From Pseudomonadota bacterium (GTDB lineage Bacteria > Bdellovibrionota > Bdellovibrionia > Bdellovibrionales > SG-bin7): DNA of 12,530 nt. Below the pieces are notes generated by a model that was given only the letters and a program-made list of their open reading frames with translations, was not told the origin of the DNA and searched no databases. The stretch is taken from contig JAWXAY010000055.1 in NCBI GenBank assembly GCA_034439715.1, positions 1-12,530 on the forward strand, given 5' to 3'. Below, piece after piece: positions 1 through 6,038 of this stretch. The translations under genes and the position numbers were made by a program. Position 1 is the stretch's first letter; each line of letters starts with the position of its first letter.

Positions 1-549
1 AGTACGAGGTCCGGGCGAAAAATTAGTTTCAGTTGGTAACAAGATACTCATGTCAGGATCATATTTTACCGCCCTAGGCTCCATAAAATAAGTGATCAAC
101 AAGGACATTGCTGAATCCTTGGCAATACCACGGTATTCAATCTTAACCAAGGGAGCACGCTCGGCAAAGAGCGAGTACAACACAAAATTTTCGACAACAT
201 TAATTTCGGCTTCAGAAAAGCGCGAGAACTGAATTCTCTCTAACTGCAAAGATTTTTTTAGTTTACCAATAACCTCGTTAAGTAATTCTTTGTCTTCTGA
301 AGTTAATATGCGACCATGGCTTAATTTTATAAGTCCGTTGGTGGCTTCTCGCATAAGTACGCGCGCCGGTCTTGTGGTGGCCGAATCTTCGGCCAACCTT
401 AGGTGTCGCAAAGAATCGTCAAATTTAGCGATGCCCTCTTGGCTGAGCTGGTCTAAACTATCGTAAACGTGGTAACGAAATTGCAAAACGTCAGCAAAAG
501 CCTGCATCGACAAACATAGTGCAAATATTAAAACGACTGATTTTCCCAT
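1..549 (-). CDS. Secreted hypothetical protein, 5' part only (runs off the window start)
   Basis: Manual translation from ATG at 549: MGKSVVLIFALCLSMQAFA-DVLQFRYHVYDSLDQLSQEGIAKF...; no stop in 183 codons; Sec signal peptide ending AFA. Absent from the ORF track because it is truncated. Confidence 0.8.
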   Translation of the reverse strand, partial: MGKSVVLIFALCLSMQAFADVLQFRYHVYDSLDQLSQEGIAKFDDSLRHLRLAEDSATTRPARVLMREATNGLIKLSHGRILTSEDKELLNEVIGKLKKSLQLERIQFSRFSEAEINVVENFVLYSLFAERAPLVKIEYRGIAKDSAMSLLITYFMEPRAVKYDPDMSILLPTETNFSPGPRT

Positions 550-575
550 AAGGGGCGATAATAGCTGAAAATGAC

Positions 576-1061
576 TTATGGCGCTATTCTAATGACCGAG
601 CGTGAATTTATTACCTGGCTTTGAATGTGATCGCGAGAAGCTAAACCTTCCTTAATCCCATCGAAAAATTTCAATCCCAAATTTTGTAGTTTAAACTCAC
701 TTTGAGGCGCTCTAACTTCAACACTTATACTGGCTGAATCTTTAGAACTGTCTTTGAATAGATGATAGAGCATTATCGAACCTATCGCAGCGACGACACT
801 AAATCCTACTAATTCGTAGAGGAAGCCGTTTTCAAATTGACTCAGCAAAATTTGAATGGCTTTTGCTACCTGAATTATAGAGAACACCACAATCGAGACA
901 ACTAAAACACCCAAAAGAGATTTTAACACTAGCGCTGATACTTCGTCGCGAAGTGCTTTTTTAATAGACTCGATCGGATTATTCGCTCTATCAACGGCAC
1001 TCTCACCTCTATTGAAGGCGAAAGGAGAGAGTGCTAATATTAAATACTTTAAAATCATCAT
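576..1061 (-). CDS. Two-TM membrane protein, third gene of the csbD-DUF883 operon (YqjE/holin-like position)
   Basis: Two long hydrophobic segments (LVLKSLLGVLVVSIVVFSIIQV; LVGFSVVAAIGSIMLYHLF). Start moved to ATG 1061 (or 1058), which follows GAGAG; the track start is 1082. Confidence 0.7.
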   Translation of the reverse strand: MMILKYLILALSPFAFNRGESAVDRANNPIESIKKALRDEVSALVLKSLLGVLVVSIVVFSIIQVAKAIQILLSQFENGFLYELVGFSVVAAIGSIMLYHLFKDSSKDSASISVEVRAPQSEFKLQNLGLKFFDGIKEGLASRDHIQSQVINSRSVIRIAP

Positions 1062-1107
1062 AAATCTCTCACTTAATATCATTTAATAATAGAAACTGTT
1101 TCTAGAT

Positions 1108-1386
1108 CTAACGTCTGCGCATCACCAAGGTAGCTAGACTCCCGGCAATCAAACCAGCTGCCGCAGCGATAACGACGCTTTTTGCAGGATTTTCATTGAC
1201 GTACATTCGCCCCGCCTTGACATACTCAGCAGCCGAATCTGTTAAATCAGAAGCCAGTGCGCCTATTTTTTTACCAGCGTCACGCGACATTTCTTCTAAA
1301 TGATTTTCTACATTTTGAACTTTACCTTTTAACTCGTGAGCCGCGCCATTTGCCTTACTTAGATTTTCACTTATACCATTCCCCAT
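1108..1386 (-). CDS. DUF883 / ElaB-YqjD-YgaM family tail-anchored protein
   Basis: Helical N-terminus, then YVNENPAKSVVIAAAAGLIAGSLATLVMRRR, the YV.E.P...TM-RR C-terminus typical of DUF883. GGGAGA precedes ATG 1386 (track start 1398). Confidence 0.9.
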   Translation of the reverse strand: MGNGISENLSKANGAAHELKGKVQNVENHLEEMSRDAGKKIGALASDLTDSAAEYVKAGRMYVNENPAKSVVIAAAAGLIAGSLATLVMRRR

Positions 1387-1428
1387 AAAATCTCCCATCT
1401 TTATATATGTTAGTTGATTAGATCGTGT

Positions 1429-1683
1429 TTAATTTTTTAGCTTCCGTTTTAATCCCTCGACGGCATTATCCTTTTTTGTTTCAAAACGTTGAAAAATGTC
1501 TGAAACCTTTTTGCTGTAACTGTCCTGTCCTGCACCGTACTTTTGTTGAATGAGACCACTGATTGACTTGACATCGCCTTTCGTTTTATCTAACTCATCA
1601 TCCGTCAATTTTCCCCAAGCTTTTTGGATATCGCCTTTAATCTCAAGCCATTTACCTTTGATCATGTTTTCGTTTAGTGCCAT
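1429..1683 (-). CDS. csbD: CsbD family (UPF0337/YjbJ) stress protein
   Basis: N.N.IKGKW.EIKG.IQKAWGKLTDDELD...G.......G.IQQKYG signature; strong SD AGAGGAG. Confidence 0.93.
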   Translation of the reverse strand: MALNENMIKGKWLEIKGDIQKAWGKLTDDELDKTKGDVKSISGLIQQKYGAGQDSYSKKVSDIFQRFETKKDNAVEGLKRKLKN

Positions 1684-1719
1684 TTCTTTCTCCTCTGTTA
1701 ATTTCTCACGACTTAAATC

Positions 1720-1735
1720 TGCAAATTAGGTGCCA
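1720..1735 (-). promoter_or_regulatory. Sigma54 (-24/-12) promoter for the csbD operon
   Basis: Minus strand reads TGGCACCTAATTTGCA, an exact match to TGGCAC-N5-TTGCW, 36 bp upstream of the csbD ATG. Confidence 0.85.
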
Positions 1736-1784
1736 CCAACTTTGTAAGCTGGTGCAACCTCGAGGGCGGGAAGATTGAAGTTGT

Positions 1785-1832
1785 CTGGGGCAAATAGCAA
1801 CGTCTTCTGTGTCCACTGGGGCAGAATGCATC
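1785..1832. promoter_or_regulatory. Pair of candidate activator (bEBP) binding sites
   Basis: CTGGGGCAAATAGCAAC (1785-1801) and CTGGGGCAGAATGCATC (1816-1832), 31 bp apart and centred between the two sigma54 motifs. Confidence 0.5.
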
Positions 1833-1880
1833 GCTGGCCATTTTTAACTTAAACCTCAAATTCATTGACGCCATTTATGT

Positions 1881-1896
1881 TGGCTAGCTTTTTGCT
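1881..1896 (+). promoter_or_regulatory. Sigma54 (-24/-12) promoter for the OmpA-lipoprotein operon
   Basis: TGGCTAGCTTTTTGCT: GG-N10-GC with TGGC and TTGCT cores, 50 bp upstream of ATG 1947. Confidence 0.72.
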
Positions 1897-1946
1897 AAGT
1901 AAATCTAGTCACGTTAAAAACTTTCAACAAAAGGAAAAATAATTTT

Positions 1947-3311
1947 ATGTTTCAATTCAAAACCAATATTTGTCTCTTTATGGTTGCAATAGCTCTGGCT
2001 GCATGTACTTCTGATCCCAAAGTGGCCGAGTTACCCATTACTTCGGACCCACAAGTAGAGCTTGATCGTGTCGACGGCAATATTAGACAAGCACAAAGTC
2101 AGCAAGTAGATGTGCTGTCGCCTAAAAATTTCGAGGCGGCAAAAAATTCCTTAAATAAAGCCACAAAAGCTCGCGCTGCTAACAAAGACCAAAAAGATGT
2201 TCTGCATAAAATAGCAGTCGCTCAGGCCTACTTAGATAAGGCGAATGTAGTTGCGAATGTGGCCAATCAAATCTTGAAAGGAACCATTGATGCCCGCCAA
2301 GATGCACTGAACGCTAAAGCCATTAAGTTTTACCCAAATGAAACGGCGGAATTAGACAAAACCTTTAAAAAATTAACTCTAGAAGTCGAGGACAATGATT
2401 CGTCAGGCGTCGAAGGAAATCGCGGAAAGCTTGAAGCCAAATACCGAGCTCTCGAACTCAACTCTATCAAAAAAGAAAAATTGGGCCCCGCGCAGGCCGA
2501 TATTAAAGAGGCCATCAAAGAAGGAGCTGAGAAATTAACTCCGGAAACCTTGGCTTGGGCGAACAAGCGATATGCTGAAGATTTGGCCATCATCGAAACC
2601 CAACGTCATAACACTGTTGGGGTGGATAAGGCATCTGCTGATGCGACCGCGGCTGCTCACCGACTATTAAAAATGGTGCGCAATGCAAAAGGTTCTACCC
2701 AAAAAAATCCAGAGGAGTTGGCAAAACAGATCGAAAAAAATGAACTAGCTGCTGTTCAGTCTGAAAATGATCTTAGCCTAGCCGCAACTGAACTTAATCA
2801 GGCCGCAAATGAACTAGCAAATTCAAAAGGAAAGCTAGCTAGTGCCTCTGCTCAAAACGACAAACTAGAATCACAAGTGTGGCTCGACAACGTCTATAAT
2901 AATGCTCGTAATCAGTTTACCAATGACGAAGCAGAAGTCTATAAACAAGGGGACAAACTGTTGCTCCGACTTAAAGGACTTTCGTTTGTAAAAAATAATG
3001 CTGGCATTAGTTCCACTAATTTTCCGCTCTTAGCCAAAGTTCAAAAAGTTATTAGCGACGTCGGATCAAGTCAAATAGCCATTGAAGGCCACACTGACTC
3101 CGTAGGAGCCAAAAAATTGAATGAAGAACTTTCGACAAAACGTGCCGAGGCGGTTCAATCTTACTTGGTAGCAAACAATAACGTTGCTCCCAACAAGATC
3201 ACCGCTACAGGACACGGCTATTCAAAGCCAATAGCGACCAACAAAACTGCCGAGGGGCGCGCGCAAAATCGAAGAGTGGACGTGATTATTACGGCTGAGC
3301 CGGCGAAGTAG
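1947..3311 (+). CDS. OmpA-family peptidoglycan-binding lipoprotein with a long helical/coiled-coil N-terminal region
   Basis: Lipobox LAAC (Cys20); C-terminal OmpA_C motifs IEGHTDSVG..LNEELSTKRAEAV..YL and G.GYSKPIATN.TAEGRAQNRRVDVII; SD AAGGA. Confidence 0.93.
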   Translation: MFQFKTNICLFMVAIALAACTSDPKVAELPITSDPQVELDRVDGNIRQAQSQQVDVLSPKNFEAAKNSLNKATKARAANKDQKDVLHKIAVAQAYLDKANVVANVANQILKGTIDARQDALNAKAIKFYPNETAELDKTFKKLTLEVEDNDSSGVEGNRGKLEAKYRALELNSIKKEKLGPAQADIKEAIKEGAEKLTPETLAWANKRYAEDLAIIETQRHNTVGVDKASADATAAAHRLLKMVRNAKGSTQKNPEELAKQIEKNELAAVQSENDLSLAATELNQAANELANSKGKLASASAQNDKLESQVWLDNVYNNARNQFTNDEAEVYKQGDKLLLRLKGLSFVKNNAGISSTNFPLLAKVQKVISDVGSSQIAIEGHTDSVGAKKLNEELSTKRAEAVQSYLVANNNVAPNKITATGHGYSKPIATNKTAEGRAQNRRVDVIITAEPAK

Positions 3312-3348
3312 ACTAATTAGGTTAAGCTAATTTAAAGAGGAGGAAAAT

Positions 3349-3531
3349 ATGATACGTGCAGCAATAGCATTTTTTGTTCTGGCCCTCGTGGCCATTGTTT
3401 TGGGCGCCAATGGAGTTGCGGGCCTTTCAATTGAAATCGGAAAGACTCTTTTAGTGGTTTTTCTGATACTGGCTATAGTTTCTTTTTTGGGATCTATGGT
3501 TACCGGAAGAAACCCCAAGGGACTGCCTTAA
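3349..3531 (+). CDS. DUF1328 (UPF0391/YtjA-like) small membrane protein
   Basis: MIRAAIAFFVLALVAIVLGANGVAGLSIEIGKTLLVVFLILAIVSFL matches the family pattern; SD GAGGAGG. Confidence 0.9.
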   Translation: MIRAAIAFFVLALVAIVLGANGVAGLSIEIGKTLLVVFLILAIVSFLGSMVTGRNPKGLP

Positions 3532-3552
3532 CACTTAACACTGGAGATTTTT

Positions 3553-3831
3553 ATGAAAAATACCAAATTACTAAACGCTTTTCTTTTTGCAGCATCACTC
3601 AGCTTTGGCGTATTTGCACTGGCCGAAGAATCCACACTTGAAAAAGTCGAGACCGGCAAAAATAAAGCCGTGAGTGGTGTAAAAAGCACTTACCGCAACG
3701 TCAAAGATAAGACTTGCGAAATGATTAATGGCAAGTTGGAATGTCTAGGAAAAAAAATAAAGGGCAAGGCCAACAATCTGTCAGATGATGTTAAAACAAA
3801 AGCTACAGAAGTTAAAAACAAAATCGACTAG
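3553..3831 (+). CDS. Small secreted Lys-rich hypothetical protein with a C-x8-C hairpin
   Basis: Signal peptide ending ALA; CEMINGKLEC; SD GGAG. Confidence 0.85.
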   Translation: MKNTKLLNAFLFAASLSFGVFALAEESTLEKVETGKNKAVSGVKSTYRNVKDKTCEMINGKLECLGKKIKGKANNLSDDVKTKATEVKNKID

Positions 3832-3854
3832 ACTTTTTTGATGGTTTTGAGCTA

Positions 3855-3885
3855 AAGGGCCCGCTTTTTATTGAGCGGGCCTTAA
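3855..3885 (+). terminator. Probable intrinsic terminator of the ompA-DUF1328 operon
   Basis: GGCCCGCT (3858-3865), 8-nt loop, AGCGGGCC (3874-3881); the U-tail is weak. Confidence 0.6.
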
Positions 3886-3972
3886 CTAGGCATGTAGTGC
3901 TATTAAAATGATAAAGCAGCGCTGGTCTATCTGGCATGCTAATATTTCTAGACTTTTCATAAATTCAACAAT

Positions 3973-4002
3973 AAGTATCCCCTATCATAACCATGGATAC
4001 TT
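3973..4002. promoter_or_regulatory. Candidate operator (inverted repeat) upstream of the 4084 gene
   Basis: AAGTATCC-N14-GGATACTT, overlapping a TATC-N9-GATA (T-N11-A type) dyad. Confidence 0.35.
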
Positions 4003-4083
4003 TAAATTTCCCAAATAATAGGTACCCATGTATTGTGTCGGCTGAGTGGCAAAATAAACCCCACTTTAATATGAGGAGAACTT

Positions 4084-4623
4084 ATGAAAAAGATATTAAC
4101 CACTATGAGTTTGTTTTTGGCTTCAACAGCTTTCGCATCGACCTCGGTCAACGAAAAGTTCATTGCCACTTTTTCAGACTATAACCAATTTGATCAAATG
4201 GTTAAGTGCTCACCCGGCCATCGTGGCCACTACCCGACTTTAGATATGATAGCGATTAAATCTCACGCTGTAGATATGGGGTTGAGCATTTCTGACAAAT
4301 TCAGGGCTGAATCCTCTATCGGTTTAAAAAATGATCCCAAGGAGCGTATCAATGGTCCGCGGCCATACGATGCCGGCTGCAAGCCAGCGATGGAGCAATT
4401 GAAAGCTGCAATTACGGGAAAAGAAGTTGTAGAGGTAACTGTGAATCGAACAGTGACGGTTTCTCCCAATACCGACGGCCGAGCCTACAGAAAAGTAAAC
4501 GGCGAAGTTTTAAATGTTCGATATGTTACAACTGAGCAGAGCTTCGAGTCTGTCAAGTTTGAATTGGGTGGATTTGTCTTCACAGGTGGTCAACTTCAGA
4601 ATGGAAAAAGCGAATTACTCTAA
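4084..4623 (+). CDS. Secreted hypothetical protein
   Basis: MKKILTTMSLFLASTAFA signal peptide; SD GAGGAG; 2 Cys; beta-rich C-terminal half. Confidence 0.88.
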   Translation: MKKILTTMSLFLASTAFASTSVNEKFIATFSDYNQFDQMVKCSPGHRGHYPTLDMIAIKSHAVDMGLSISDKFRAESSIGLKNDPKERINGPRPYDAGCKPAMEQLKAAITGKEVVEVTVNRTVTVSPNTDGRAYRKVNGEVLNVRYVTTEQSFESVKFELGGFVFTGGQLQNGKSELL

Positions 4624-4659
4624 ATCTGGGCATCGTTTCCTCAGCCCACCCATTGGGGT

Positions 4660-4699
4660 GAAGTTAGAGAAGAAGTTAGAGAAGAAATTAGAGAAGAAA
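4660..4699. repeat. 12-bp tandem repeat, about 3.3 copies
   Basis: GAAGTTAGAGAA GAAGTTAGAGAA GAAATTAGAGAA GAAA. Confidence 0.9.
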
Positions 4700-4724
4700 G
4701 GGGAAGCGAGACACTCCCCCCCCC
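4690..4724 (-). terminator. Probable intrinsic terminator for the 5058-4753 gene
   Basis: Minus strand GGGGGAG-TGTCTCG-CTTCCCC (one G-U pair) followed by TTTCTTCTCT. Confidence 0.55.
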
Positions 4725-4729
4725 TAAAA

Positions 4730-4752
4730 AAATTACTGCAAATTACTGCAAA
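4730..4752. repeat. 10-bp tandem duplication
   Basis: AAATTACTGC AAATTACTGC AAA, directly next to the TAG at 4753-4755. Confidence 0.85.
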
Positions 4753-5058
4753 CTAGCGACAACCCAGTGGTCGGCACACTCGAGAGTAATATTCGCACTT
4801 GTTCTGGGCTCGCGCCTGCACTTTGCGAGGCAGATAACCCGAAGACTTATAAATAAAACCTCGAGCATTTTGACTAGCGCACACTACGACTCTATGCGGA
4901 TGTACTTCACCTTCACGAATTCCATCTTCTCCGTATTGGGCAATGAAATCCGCTTCCATGGTGTTTTCAATTTGTTCAGCCGAAACACCCTCGAAGTTTT
5001 CTGCTGACCAAGCCGCCGTTGAAACTAACAAACCCATTAATATAAAAATCTTTTTCAT
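4753..5058 (-). CDS. Small secreted protein: acidic pro-like region plus cationic 4-Cys domain
   Basis: Start moved to ATG 5058 (SD AAGGAG; MKKIFILMGLLVSTAAWS signal peptide); 101 aa. Confidence 0.88.
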   Translation of the reverse strand: MKKIFILMGLLVSTAAWSAENFEGVSAEQIENTMEADFIAQYGEDGIREGEVHPHRVVVCASQNARGFIYKSSGYLPRKVQARAQNKCEYYSRVCRPLGCR

Positions 5059-5092
5059 TCTGTTCTCCTTAAAAATTGTTAAAATGTTTATC

Positions 5093-5106
5093 TTGAGCGC
5101 GCTCAA
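5093..5106. promoter_or_regulatory. Perfect 14-bp palindrome in a divergent intergenic region
   Basis: TTGAGCGCGCTCAA. Confidence 0.45.
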
Positions 5107-5143
5107 AAATGAAGTTGCCAGCTTCGAAAATAATTCGCAAGGC

Positions 5144-5189
5144 AAAAGAGCACACTATTTGAACAAAAAGGGCACAAGTATGTGCGCAA
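5144..5189. promoter_or_regulatory. Imperfect 22-bp tandem repeat / candidate operator
   Basis: AAAAGAGCACA-CTATTTGAACAA versus AAAAGGGCACAAGTATGTGCGCAA; the second unit contains the dyad GCACA-N4-TGTGC (5172-5185). Confidence 0.45.
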
Positions 5190-5240
5190 TTGAGACTATG
5201 AACGATTGATTTAAAGAGCGGCTTATGACAAAACTAGAGC

Positions 5241-6038
5241 ATGACTCCCGTTTATGAATTTGGTTCGTTCCCGAGTTATTTTGATTATGTCAGACGCTTT
5301 GCTTTGCCAAAGACTAAGCGACCTTTGACCTTGCAAAAACTTTCTCAAAAACTCGGCTATAAATCACCTCGACTCGTGGGCATGGTCCTTAAGGGACAAA
5401 GAGCACCTAGCGAAGAAATGATTGCGAAACTTATTCAGACGTTACGACTCAATCAGGGTGAGAGCCGTTATTTAAAATTGTTGGTGGAATTAGAAAGATT
5501 ACAAAAAAAAGGTTTGTCGACTGAATCCATCCTCGCAGAACTGGATGAACTCAGTCCCAAGACAAGTCACAAAAAAATGCTTGAAGTTAATACTTTTACT
5601 TACATCGCCGAATGGTTTCATCTAGTGATTAAGCAGCTTCTCAATACTTCGACATTTCGTAACGACCCAGACTGGATTAGGAAAAAATTAAGAGGTAAAG
5701 TTACTGTTCGTCAAGCGAAGCGGGCACTAGAAGTATTAGAGCAACTTGATCTTATTAAAAAAGAGGGAATGAGTACCACCGCTGAAATTCCCAGCGAAGC
5801 CATTCGGCTTCATCATGCGCAGATGATGGATCGTGCAAAAGAAGCGTTAATTGAACAATCCCTCGATAAACGCCATATGGTATCGGTCACACTTCGTGTA
5901 GATCCCCAATTTGTTGGCGAAGCCAAAGCCATGATCACGCGATTTAGAAATAATTTTGATAAAAAGTTTTCGAGTTTAACCAGTTCCCACATATTTCAAA
6001 TGAATCTGCAATTCTTTGAACACACAGGAGAGACATGA
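5241..6038 (+). CDS. TIGR02147 family (DUF4423) putative transcriptional regulator
   Basis: N-terminal HTH (LTLQKLSQKLGYKSPRLVGMVLKGQR), YIAEWFHLVIKQL, DPDWIRKKL, IPSEAIRLHH.QMM..A.EAL and C-terminal IFQMNLQFF are family hallmarks. Confidence 0.9.
   Translation: MTPVYEFGSFPSYFDYVRRFALPKTKRPLTLQKLSQKLGYKSPRLVGMVLKGQRAPSEEMIAKLIQTLRLNQGESRYLKLLVELERLQKKGLSTESILAELDELSPKTSHKKMLEVNTFTYIAEWFHLVIKQLLNTSTFRNDPDWIRKKLRGKVTVRQAKRALEVLEQLDLIKKEGMSTTAEIPSEAIRLHHAQMMDRAKEALIEQSLDKRHMVSVTLRVDPQFVGEAKAMITRFRNNFDKKFSSLTSSHIFQMNLQFFEHTGET

Noticed and set aside
2330..2593. Antisense ORF inside the OmpA gene (also 3327-3518, 4263-4469, 7166-7408, 7499-7822, 8014-8211, 8759-8998, 9312-9535, 10787-10993)
   Set aside because: Shadows of well-supported genes on the opposite strand, with no protein-like features.
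3885..3946. GGCATG-containing sigma54-like half sites (also TGGCAAC near 5120 on - and TGGCTAA at 6990 and 7022)
   Set aside because: No GC at the required GG-N10-GC spacing.
3993..4184. Same-strand or straddling out-of-frame ORFs (also 4514-4756, 4943-5209, 8688-8903)
   Set aside because: They overlap better genes; the KLEKKLEKKLEKK in 4514-4756 is simply the translated 12-bp repeat.
4660..4752. Repeats as a CRISPR array or iterons
   Set aside because: Units are 10-12 bp and contiguous, with no spacers and no cas or rep gene nearby.
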